Assembly: GCA_017406485.1 (NCBI GenBank)
Contig: JAFQYK010000224.1
Location: 1-51,337, forward strand
DNA from: Clostridia bacterium
GTDB taxonomy: Bacteria > Bacillota > Clostridia > UBA1381
DNA: 51,337 nt
Reading direction: 5' to 3'
In this document: one piece after another, positions 38,801-50,800 of the stretch
Numbering within the stretch: position 1 is the stretch's first letter
How the letters are laid out: each line of letters starts with the position of its first letter
Program-made: the position numbers and the translations under genes
The notes under the pieces: model-generated
What the model saw: only the letters and a program-made list of their open reading frames with translations
Told to the model about the DNA's origin: nothing
Database searches by the model: none

Positions 38801-41800
38801 GTTACCTTAATATCCTCAAGGTCAAGAATATCCTCTGCCTTGAAGCCTACTCTTACCGGAAGCTCTGAATCGGCCTGGCTCATATCACCGAGCTGGCCGC
38901 CGCCGATAGGATCGCCGCTTGTATTTGCGTATGTATTTTTACCGAGCGCCCATACATAGCCGTTGTTTGTGAGAATTGCACTGTGGTTCCAACCGGCAGT
39001 TACTCTTGAATAGCTTGTAAATGTATCGTCCCTTTCGGGGTTAAGTGTCATTGTATCGGGCACTATAAGATTTGCTCTTGTTGTGTCCATTGTCTGAGGA
39101 GCGTCAACAGCCCTTATCATTGGTGTTGCTGTTGAGCTATCCTTGCCGGGAACAACGTTTTCTCTGTCCTCAACAAGCTCGTTTGAGTACTGGCTGCTTG
39201 TGTTATCACCCCAAGCATATATTGCCTGTGCGCTTACAGTCTTTGCGTTGCCCTTTGTATCTGTGTCAACGCTGCCGTCCGCCTTCTTGACTACGGACGA
39301 GCCGATAGCCATTACGTGGTTCTGACCGGCGGTGATTGATGAAACGCCTGTTAGCTGATAGTTATTTGTATCGCCCGCGATAAGTACCTTAACCGGCATC
39401 GTTGTACGGCCTGTGCTGGTTGTACCGTTACCGAGCTGACCCTTTGTATTGCGTCCCCACGAGTAAACGTCACGATCCTTTGTCGCGATAACCGTGAAGC
39501 CGTCACCCGCTGCAAGGGTATCAACATCCTTCAGATAACCGTCCTTATCAGCCGGACCGGAACCTGCCGCAACCTGCTCAGGTGTTGTAAGTATCATCTT
39601 TGAGGTATCAGCGCCTACACCGAGCTGACCGTATGCATTGTCACCCCAGGCCCAAACCGTACCGTTCTCCTTAACGGCAACGGAGTGGTCTGCGCCGGCG
39701 CCAATGAGGATGATACGATTGAGATAGCTACCGCCGTGATAACCTCTTACCTGTACCGGATATGCCTTAGCGGTTGTGTCACCTGTACCGGAGCCAAGCT
39801 GACCGCTGTTATTAGCGCCCCAGGAGTAAAGGTCACCATTGTTTGTAACCGCGAGAACGTGAGCGCGTCCTGCAACGATTTCCGCAACCTTCATAGTCGT
39901 TGAAGCATTTGCGCTTGTCATATCCTTCAGGTACTGTGAAAGTGACGAGCCGACACCGCCGACACCGGCAACCTCTACCGGTACGGCGCTGTAGCTTACG
40001 CCCTTCTTATTGATACCGAGCTGGCTCTCTGAGTTATCACCCCAGGTATAAATTCTGCCGTCACGCGTAAGAGCAACGGAGAACCTATCGCCGGCCGCGA
40101 TATTTGTTACGTCACGGAGCGGCTTCATTGTACCGTTATCCTCGTACATTACCTGTACAGGATATGCGCGGTCAATAGTTGTGCCGTCGCCGAGCTGACC
40201 GCGGTCGTTGCGGCCCCAGGTCCAAACCTCACCGAGAGTATCTATTGCAACAGTGTGGTCGCCCTTTGATACGATAACAGGAGTAACCGTCGCGCCGGGA
40301 ACTACTCTTACGTTAATAGCGCCCATATATGTAGCGAACTCGTGGTACTCGTTCATCTTTTCTATTCTGTTGCGTACTGCGTTTCTGTCAGCGTCTGTTG
40401 ACGCGCTCAGGAAGGCGGGGAAGGTTCTGTAATCTATCGGCGTGTAGGTATCCATATTGGTAGCGCTGATGATTGTTGAACCGAGCTTGATTGAGCCGTC
40501 AACGCCCTTCTGCGGTCTTACAACGAGATACTTACGCTTTTCTGTACCGTAGTTTATACCGTTATCTGTAATGTTAAACTCTGCCTCCACGATTTCGGGC
40601 GGTGCTGCAGATGCGTCCGCCTTGTGCTCTGACGCTGCAATTCTGCCTATTGTCGTATCGGAGGACAGGAACTCAACATAGTCGTCGCCGGTTCTCTGCG
40701 GCATAACATTGTTAAGCTCATCCTTATACTGTTCCTTCCAGGTTGTTGTACCCGAATATATTTCTTCCTCACTTCCCGAATATACATATGCGGGTGTGTT
40801 GGTTACGCTGTCCATTGTGCCGTCCATAGCAAACTTGGATACAACGTGCTCTTCCGTATCGGTAAGGAGCGTGAAGCCCTTGAAGTATCTGTTGAAGAGC
40901 TGGTTAACATCGATGTAAAGAAGCTGATCCTGTCTTATATCAAGGAACTGCGGAGCTGTCGGATAATACTGAACAGACGCGCCGTCCTTTACAACGTGAA
41001 CATTCTTGAAGATAATTGACTTGAACTCCGGCTCGCCGACGAGTGTGAGAACGGGGCTTGCGGTGTTATAGTAGTTACCAATCTGGTACGTGTCATTGTC
41101 ACCGCACATATAAACCTTACCTTCGTCATTAACAACGGAGATACTGTTTCCGCCGGCTGAAAGCGTAAGCGTACCCTCGAAGTACGGGCTTACGTCTGTT
41201 GTGCCGTCATTTTCCTCGTCCTTAACAGTCGTTGCAACAAGCTGGGCGGGTGTTGTCTGGTTATATGCGTTGTCCTTGTTAAGACCGAGCTGACCACCTG
41301 TGCCGCCTGTAATCTTCTTTGTGGACGGATCTCTTGTAATAGCGTTGTTACGTCCTACTGACCAGAGGCTGTACGGATAATCCGAACCGCCTACCTGGAA
41401 CGTCTTTGACTGGGCGAGCATTACAGTATGGTTAGCGCCGCCGGCAATATTTAAGATGTAGTCAACGCTTCTGTCATATCTCGCGTCACCGCTTGTTCCG
41501 GTTGTTTTTGAGATAGACTTCGGTGAAGCGATGAGAACAGGCGATGTCACCTTGCTGTTCGCAGCACCGCCAAGCTGTGAGTATGTGCTGTTGCCTATAC
41601 CGTATACGTTTGTATTTTCATTTGTTGTTTCCTCATTATAGAGCTTGCTTGTGAGCATAAGGAGGTGAGCGTCACCGGCTGCTATGCGTGAAACGTTACC
41701 GATGTAATCCTTATGGAAGCGTGAAGTCTTTACAAGCTCTGTTGCAGTGTCATACGCCGCGTTCTTTGTCGCGTCATACGCGCCGCTTACAATCTGGTAA

Positions 41801-44800
41801 GGAGCCATTCTTACAGCGTCATTCTTTGCGCCGCCCTGGCCGTTTGCGTTGTTACCCCAGGCGTAAACCGTACCGTCACGGCGGAGAGCCGCTGCAAAGT
41901 CTGCGCCGGCAGTAATCATTACAACATTATTCAGAAGCTCGTCGGGAGCATCGTTACCGTAGGTGTCCTTTACGGCAACAATCTTGCCGTCCTCGATTGT
42001 TTTCTTTACACCGGAAGCAGACGTACCCTGTGTTACCATAATCGGGTATGCCTTATCCTTCTCGGCTACAAATTCTCCGCCCTCGGTAGAGGAGGAGCCG
42101 AGCTGATATTTCTTTGTGTTAGCTGTGTCTGTGTTGCGGCCCCAGGTGTATACGTAACCGTCTGCGCGCAGAGCCATTGAGAAATACTGGCCTGCAGCAA
42201 CACCGACGATATTCTCCATTACGTCGGTTTCGTTGAGCATTACCAATGTAGCGTTTACGTGATCTGTGCCGTAGCCGCCGTTACCTATCTGACCATAGGT
42301 ATTGTCACCCCAAGCCCATACGTGACCGTCCTTGTCAACCGCAAGACTGTGCGCGCCGCCGGCAGCAATACCGATTACATCAGTAAGGTCGGTGAATGCC
42401 GTTTCGGTTATGCCCGCAGCTTCCATCTCGGCAGCGGTAAGCGGTCTCTGTATCTTCTGCGGTGTATCGAAGGTTGTCTGAGCGGAGTTGTTAGGTGCAA
42501 TCTGACCCTTGTTATTAGAACCCCACGCGTAAACCTTACCGTCATACTTAAGGGCAATGGTGTGGTTAGCGCTTGACGATACGAGCGGTGAAGCCTTCTG
42601 CTCGGTGTAGCCGCTGCCGTCCTCGGACGCGCTGTTGGCAGTCTTTCTGCCGCCGTATACGTTCAGCACGAACGCGCCCTGTGCGCCTGTGTTCTTGTCT
42701 ATGTAGGAAATTACAGTTTCACCGCCGCGGTTATACTTTTCGCCCGCCTTCGGTGTAACTATTACCTTATTCTTGTTTGCCGCGTCGTGGGCAACCGTCG
42801 CAACTGAGTCGTTTGACGATACAAATACGAAGTCGTCCGGATCGTAGTTTCTTGTCGAGCCGTCGAGCTTGTTCTCTGTGAGCTGATATTCATTGAAGAA
42901 GTTGAAGCCCTCGTAATACTCCTCCTTGGCCTTGTCAAGATCAATCTCAATCGACTGACCCTCGGTTACTCTTATATATACGTCGAACTGCTTTGTATCA
43001 GCCTCTGTATAGCCTGTGCGGCGGTCTGTATCCTCGCTTGCGCTGTCGCCGTTTACTTTGATGCCGTAAAGCTCAAGGATACGTGTTTCTCTGTCACCGG
43101 TCTGGATGGGGATAGCCGAAGCGCCCGCGGTGTCGTCACCAAGCTGGCCGTTTTCATTGGTTGAACCCCAGGAATAGATATATCCTCTTGTATGAGTCTT
43201 GTTACCGGTAAATACCGAAGCGTTTACACCGTTGTTGTTCGACTCCATATACCATATCTCGTCACCGTCAGCCATCTCGCCGCGTGAAAGCTCGGCAACT
43301 GCTGTTGAAGCTGTGCCGTCCTCGCCCCACGAGTAAATCTTGCCGTCGGTCGTGAGAGTAGCTGTTCCGTGATAGAACGCATAGATGTTAGCCGGTTCCT
43401 CGGCTATAATCACCTTCTCTGTCGGATGATAGAGATTGGTTGAACCGTTGTTTGTTCTGTTTGTCGCGCCGTAGCCCCAGGTGTAAATTCTTCTTGTTCT
43501 TGATGCGGCCGGACCTGTACCTGTTACGTCAAGCGCGATTGCCGCCGCGTGCTCGTCACCGGAGTCTATTGTAAATACGTTCTGTATGTACTTCTCCTCC
43601 TGCGTGTTTACAACGCTTGAAAGCAGGTAATCAGCAGCGAGTACCTTATACGGCTTATAGCGGTCTGTGTTGTTACCTATACCGAGGTAGCCGAGACCAT
43701 AGCCGTAGCTTGCGCCGTTGCCGTTCTCGCCCCAGGCATAAACCTGACCGTCCTTTGTAACAGCATAGCTTGTTTCATAGCCTGCCGCAATATCAACAAT
43801 ATTCTCAAACAGCTCGTCGCTGTTTACGTAGTATACGCGTTCCGCAACAGCGCGGTCGTCACTGCTGTTGTGTCCGAGCTGGCCTCTCTGACCCTCGCCC
43901 CAGGTCCAGATTATGCCGTCCGCCGTAAGAGCCACGATATGGTTCTCGCCAAACGCCATCTTTACTACATTCTTAAGCGGAGCCTGCTTCGTAACAACCT
44001 TTGTTGTTGTTACTGCGTTTTCGCCTTCGCCGGTTGTAGTTGTTTCAGTATCCTGATACTGGTATGCAACAAGCTGAGCCTTCTGACCGTCAACACTTGT
44101 CAGTGAGCCGTGCGCGAGGTAGTAATTTGAATTTGAACCCCAGGACCAGAGATAACCCTCATCGTCAAGAGCGAAGCTTGTGCCGTTGCCTGCGAATACC
44201 TTTACAACGTGACCGTCAACAAAGCTGCCGACATCGCTTGACTTAACTCTTACGGGGAAGGTTCTTCCCTGTGTAGTGCCGTCGCCAAGCTCGCCGTTTG
44301 CGTTACGTCCCCAAGCCCAAAGTGTACCGTCCTCACGAAGAGCAAGCGTATGTGTAAAGCCTGTCGATACCATCGGCATTGCCGTCGTTTCGTGGTTCTC
44401 CTTAACGCGTACAACAAAGGTACCGTTGAAGCCTGTTGAAGAGGTTACACGGATAGTAGCTTCACCGAGCTTTCTCTCAGCGTCTGTTGTAGCTGTGATA
44501 ACGCCGGTGTCGCTTATGTGAACGATTGTGTCATTAAGTGATGTATATGTGAAGGTCGGTGTTGTACCCGGGAGAAGCTTGTCGTCACCCGAGGTTGCGG
44601 CAATATAGCCGCTCTGCTCAACATCATAATCCTTAACGTTGAAGCCGGCCTTGTAAAGCTGTCTGAAGTTATCTGCGTCAAGCACGATTGCCTGGTCTCT
44701 GCCGATTGTTATGTTGTTCGGGAAGGCGTCTGTATCGTGCGTGTATGTCTTTGTAAGCTCGTACTTTGTAGTATCTATTGTATAATCTGTACCGGAAGCA

Positions 44801-47800
44801 TTTTCTGTGTAGAGCTTAGCGTCATCCGTGAGAAGTATTCTCGCGCGCTGACCGCCCACCTGCACGGGGAGCGAGCTCCAGTACGGGTATGAGTTCGGGT
44901 TGCCGAGCTGACCGTCACTGTTCCAGCCCCAAGCGTATACGAAGCCGTCGCCGCGGATTGCGAAGCTGGTGTCGTTACCGACGCTGACAGCCCATACGTC
45001 ATCAAGATATGTTCCGCCCGCGTTGTACTCGCCCGCGCCGTTATAGCTTACGGGCGCCTCACCGCGGAGGATACGCTGCGGCGTTGAAATATAATTTGGT
45101 CTGTAATCATTATTATCATAATAAGCAACCTGACCGCCGTCATCATCGCCCCACTCGTAAACGCTGCCGTTTAAGGTCATAGCCATTACGTTATCATATG
45201 TGCTTGTCGTAATAGCTACTACCGGGCTGCCGTCAAACGTCGAGGTGAGCTGAACGGGTCTTGCGTAGTTGTAGCTGCCTGTACCTATAGCATACTCGTT
45301 ACCGTAGCCCCAGCCGTAAACCTTACCGTCCTTATCAAGACCGTGTGCAAAGTTGATACCAGAGTCTACATCAACGATATTCTTCAGGTATGTTACGCCG
45401 TCTGTGCCGAATACCTGCATCGGAACAGGTCTTAAAATACCGTCATAGATACCGAGACGCTGATCGCCGGAGTAATTGTAACCCCAAGACCATACTGTAC
45501 CGTCTGCCTTAAGTACGGTTGAGAAGTCCTGACCTACCGAAACATCGATTACGTCCTGGATATACCAGTCGTCGCCGGTAGCGGCGCTCTCACCGCGGAG
45601 TACCTTCTGTGCTGTCGGAATATATGTTACTCTTGCGCTTGCGTCCGCGTCGCGGAAGTTCGGGTAGCTTGAGTTATCCTGGGTCATATTACCGTTACCC
45701 AGAGCGCCCCAGCCGTTGTAGCCCCAGGCGTATACATAACCGTCTCTTGAAAGCGCGAGGTTGTGCGTTCTGCCTGCCGCTACTCTTATGATATTCTTAA
45801 GCGGAACCTCCTCGCCGGTCGGTGTGATAGTTGTCACTCTTGTCGGTGTATAAACCGATGCGTTGAGGTTAAGAGTTCCGTTAGCGTTCTTAATATTTCC
45901 TACGAGCGCGTTAGCGTTTGAACCCCAGGCATATACGTAGCCCTCTTCAAGAGATACTGCATAGCCCTGGTAATCGCCTGCGGCGATGTAGCAGAACTTT
46001 TCATCCTCAGGAAGGTCAACCTTTACCGGGTAGGTCACATCGTCGCCGCCCGCGCCGGTTCTTGTGCCGAGCTGGCCAACGTGGTTCTGACCCCAGGACC
46101 ATACTTCACCGTTGTCAAGAAGCGCGAGGCCGAAGTAGCCGCCGCCGGCAACCATAGGAGCTGTTACGGGCTCGGTCTTTCTTACATCCTTATGCCAAGC
46201 GGTTCTTACAGTTACGTGGAGCATACCGACAACCGGCTCAGCCGTGTCGCTTTCCTTGTATGTAAACGTGATTACCGCGAAGCCTGTGCGGCCGCCGTCT
46301 GTGTACGGGTCTACCGGTGTAACGGTAATCGTGTTTGCACCCTTTGTTACTGTCGCAACCTTTGTATTTGACGATTCAACAGTAATCTTATCCCAGTCGG
46401 AGATAGTGTTGTGCTCGTCATACTTTTCAAGGTTAAAGCCTACCATCTTGTGGAGCTTGATTTCCGAAATTTCGATTGTATCATCTGTTGTGATGCTCTG
46501 GATATACGGAATTTTTGCCGATGTGGTTGTTGTATTAAACTTTTCAGGGTTAGTTGTATAATCTTCACCATCACCCAAGGTTTCCGTATCCTTCAAAGTA
46601 TGAACTTCTGTGTTTGCAAACATCTCAAGAAGGTTCTCTGGACGCTCACCGACAACATCCGTTGCGGTGTAGGTTGAGGACTTTCTGTACATATTACCAT
46701 ACTGCCAGTTTTCATCCTTTGACCAAGCGTGTGCATAACCGTCAAGGTAGATTACAACGCCGTTTGTAGGACCTATGTGATAGCTTACTGTTCTTGAACT
46801 GTCAAACAGGCTTGAAATATCCTGCGGCAGATAGTAGTTTGTATCATCAGCAAGTGTGCCGAGTCTGTCATTTGATTCGCGGCCCCAGGCGTATACCTTG
46901 TTATCAGCCGTTATAGCCACGGAGAAGTTTGTATCGGCGTATACCGACTCAATATTTGACAGCTTAGCGTTTGTGTTTGAGGTGCTTGTGTTAGCGCCCT
47001 TAACCTGTCTGGGGACATAGTTGTTTGTATTGTTGAGGTAAGTCCAGTTGCCGAGCTGGCCGTACTGGTTATCACCCCAAGCCCATACATAGCCGTCCTT
47101 TGTACGCGCGAGAGCGTGGTTATAACCCGCAGCTATGACGCTTACATTTGTAAGGTAGTCATTTCCTGTGGGTGAGTTTACAGCGCCCTCGGCGCTGTCG
47201 CCGCGGAGTACCTGTACCGGCGAGGACTTGGAAATGTTTGTACCGTCACCAAGCTGGCCGTAGGTGTTTGAGCCCCAGGCGTATACGTTACCGTCATTCT
47301 TGAGAGCTACGACGAAGGTGTCGCCTGCCTTGATTGACGAGATGTCGCTTAAGTAGTAGTCGTTGCTTGTACCGCTTGTACCCTTCAGAACAGGCTTTGC
47401 AAGATTTTCCTTCTCGCTTGTCATTCCGAGACCGAGCTGACCTGCATCATTGCGGCCCCAAGCGTATACCGTACCGTCCGCCTTCAGAGCGAGCGAGTAG
47501 TACGGACCTGCTTCGACGTCGATTACGCCGGTGAGGTCAACCGTCTTTTCGGGATCAGCCGGATCCTCTATCTGTACGCGTGTTACTATATTCTGATCTG
47601 TGTAATCCTTACCGTTACCAAGCTGACCGTAATTATTGCGGCCTGTCGCGTATACGAAGCCCTGCTCGTCAAGAATAAGCGTGTGGTAAAGACCAACCGA
47701 GATGTCAACTGCCTGATGGTCGCCCTCAAATACAGCCTCAGTATTATAGGTGTCAAGGCTTGTGTTTGCAAGATAGTATCTTACCGCCGACGGATAACCG

Positions 47801-50800
47801 CGCATTACCTTGCTGCCGTCACCGAGCTGGCCGTAGGTGTTGTTACCCCAGCCCCAGACACTACCGTCAGCCTTCATTGCAATCATAAAGTTCTGACCTG
47901 TTTCAACCTTTGAAGCTGTGATTGTTTCAAGATCTTCACCCTTAACGATAACAGTGAAGGTGCTTACATAGCCGCTTCTTGTGTTCTTCACGCTGATTAC
48001 GGCGCTTCCCTTCTCGACTGCTCTTAAGGTTCTCTTGTTTGTACCCGAAACAACCGCGTCAATGCTTACTATTGAAGGATCGGACGTGGTGTATTCAAAT
48101 TTAGTTTCATCATCGCCTGTGTGGGTATTGAAGTCATCAACCTTATTGAAGAGATTGAAGCCGGCGATGTAGTGCTCTTTAATTTCTGCGTTATTTATCT
48201 CAATATAGCCCGTTGTGCTGATAGTTACATAAGAGGGGAGAGGATCCTTGCTGTATTTGCTGCCGTATTCAACTGCAGTTGCTCCCGCCTTTTCGTAAAC
48301 CTTTGCGTCGTCAAATCTGATGGTGAGTGAGTCTGTGTCGCCTACCTGTACGGGAACTCTTACGTAATCATACGTTGCACTGTTGCGCTGCGTTACAGCC
48401 GATTCATTACCAAGCTGCTTCTCGGAGTTATCACCCCAAGCCCATACGTAGCCGTCATCTCTTATAATAACCGCGTGTTTCCTGCCCATTGAAGCGCCGA
48501 CAACATTCTTCAAATACTCATCCGCGCCGGCGTTGAAGGTGTCGCCCTTCTTAACCTTAACAGGCCACTCGGCATTCTGGGTTGAGTCGTTACCGAGCTG
48601 ACCCTTGTCGCTCTGACCCCAGGTGTATACTTCATAGTTGTTTGTTATAACAAGCGTCTGGTTGCCGCCTGCGGTTACGCCGTAGATATTTGTGATACCC
48701 GCACCGTTTAGTATGTTACCTATATATTCGTCCGTACCGTCTGTTACCGTATCTCTTTCAAGCGACTCGCCGGCTCTTACGCGCTGCGGCACGTATGTCC
48801 AACCGTCCGGAGTTACCGTTTCAATGCTTGAATCAGGATCGTCCATATCAACTATACCGAGCTGGCCAAACTCGTTTGAACCGAATGTCCAAACCTCAGT
48901 AGCGCCGCCGTTTTCTGTTACGATTACACTGTGCTCGCTGCCTGCAGCGATATATTTGGGCGTGCCTGTAAAGCCTGTCACCTCGGCAGGCTCTGATACA
49001 GTTGTTACCGCTACTGTTTCTGTTACTTCATCATATAATTCAGGGTGGGCATCCGGGTCATTATCCGGATCTGTCTTGCCGGCCTTTAGCTTCTTGACGG
49101 TTCTCGTCGTTGAGCCGTGCGCCCTGCCGGCCTGTCCCTTGGAGTTGTTACCCCAAGCCCAAACCTTACCTGTCGTGTCAACGGCAAGGTTGTGGCTGTC
49201 GCCCGAAGCAATCTGGTCAATCCTTACGCCGCCGGGGAAGCTTACCTTATGATACGTGCCCTCTGCAACCGGCGGAGCAACCGCGTCTGTTGTGCCGAGC
49301 TGACCGAGGCTGTTGTCCGCGCCTACGGAGTAAACCGCGCCGCTCTCTGTCAGGATAAGCGCATAGTCCGCGCCGGCTGTAACGGTCTTAACCGTTTCGC
49401 CCGCGGGTACTGCCATTTCCATAGCGCCGAATATTCCGTCACCTGCAGGGTTGAGAATATCAAGACCCCATCTGTAAATCTTGCCTGTCTTTGAAACGGC
49501 TATGATGAAGTCGTCACCGGCTGTAAGGTAAACTATATCCGTCAAAGCGTTACCGTTAAGGTCTGTTACTTTAACCGGGTATCCGATACCAAGAATGCTG
49601 TTGTCATTCTGACCGAGCTGACCGTAACGGTTTGAACCCCAGGTCCATACAGTTCCGTCCTCTTTAAGAGCGACGGAGAAGGTAGCGCCTGCGGCAACCT
49701 TCGCGCCCTGCGGCCACGTCTTCTGCGCGCCGCCGTTTACGGTTACGGTTACCAAAGCCGTGTACTTACCGCTGCCGTTCGGAGCGTCGTCGGGGCTTGT
49801 TATCTTAACGATTGTGTAAGATGCCTTTTCGGGGCTTGTTATGTTGAGTTCCTCGCTGTGGATGTTTGCAAAGTCTGCAACTGTTACATCCGAGGACTCA
49901 AATGTTATGCCGTCAATATTTGAAATCTTTGTAAGAACGTCGTCCTCATAGAGGTTGAAGCCGACAATTCTCTTGTTCATAATCTCTGTCTTGTTGAAGT
50001 CAACCATCTGACCGTCAACAATATCAAGGTAATCCGGTGATACGTAGCTTTCCTTAACTACGCCGCCCTCCTTGATTTCAACCTGCTTCATTTCGAGCGT
50101 GTTAACCTCAGGCGGGCCTACCTTTACGGGGATAGGCGAGTCGTTATAGCTGAGGTCGCCAAGCTGACCTGATGAGTTGAGACCTGTCGTGTAAACAGTA
50201 CCGTCTCTCTTCATCATTGTGAGGTGGTTGTTACCGTAATCAGCGATAAATGCGTCGTCGAAGTATTCAATTACCTCGTCCGCTCTCTTTTCGCTTGAGA
50301 ATACGCGGCCGATTTCGCCGGATACAACATTTGCGTCATCGGAAATGGCTGCCTTGTTGCGGCCGAGCTGACCGTACTGGTTATTACCTACGGTGTAGAT
50401 AATGTTATCCTGTGCGCCCTTGCTTCCGATTACAGATGTTGAGTATCCGTTTGAGGAAATCTGATAAATCTTGTCAAGGAGCATATCATCTCCGTTCTTA
50501 ACCTCAAATGACTGAAGCTGGAGACCTGTTGTTCCCAAAAGCTGGTTTGTATTATAATCAACGTTATTATATCTCTTTACAGCGTTCGTACCCGAAGCGT
50601 ATACGCTGTAATCTGTGGTGCGGATAAAGGTGTCAAGGTCGCCTGCGACAGCCTCAACAGCGCCGTACATATATTCGCTGCCGTACGCCTTTGTCGCAAG
50701 TTCGTTTTCATCCTTAGCGCCGCGCTGCATAAGAAGCGGCACGTATGAGTAGGAGCTTAATCTGTCATCCTCTGTTGCAGTTGAAGCCTCGTTACCGTCG

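Larger units (their letters stand above)
2880..50100 (-). repeat. 27 inter-propeller Ig-like (Big_2-type) linker domains carrying a conserved xFNL-like motif
   Basis: Motif positions: ~49955 GFNL, 48155 GFNL, 46435 GFNL, 44640 GFNV, 42903 GFNF, 40875 GFTL, 38672 AFNL, 36693 GFVL, 34772 GFNV, 32548 GFNL, 30864 PFNL, 29350 RFNV, 27753 SFNI, 26160 DFNL, ~24890 GFE, ~22975 RFYL, 21175 SFNL, 19390 GFTL, 17510 SFNL, 15807 GFNL, 13986 IFNA, 11430 LFPV, 9512 SFSL, 7715 AFNL, 6260 AFNV, 4770 NFNL, 3072 RFYI. Those translated continue into a Big_2-like signature, e.g. FESLDPDIATVDASTGVVTAVGTGKTYIKV. Confidence 0.8.

Noticed and set aside
18184-47205. RGD tripeptides (RGDS ~47194-47205, RGDK ~37342-37353, RGDW ~18184-18195) as integrin ligands
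   Set aside because: A few are expected by chance in 17,000 Gly/Asp-rich residues. The RGDS matches the recurring VLRGES-type blade motif (cf. ~45586).
5628-47771. Eleven short minus-strand ORFs in the track
   Set aside because: All lie in one alternative frame overlapping the real CDS, with Thr/Arg/Ser-rich off-frame composition and motifs such as GVTT and TASSA.
4448-47850. Recurring ~29-bp repeat resembling a CRISPR direct repeat
   Set aside because: Copies are degenerate at codon third positions, in frame, and spaced irregularly from ~150 bp to kilobases. They encode WGDNTYGQLG, and no cas genes or leader are present.
355-49494. The many short plus-strand ORFs in the supplied track
   Set aside because: They are antisense shadows of the giant gene: Cys/Val/Arg- or Pro/Ser-rich, and repeating reverse-complement motifs such as AELAV and PSWP (both from GQLG).
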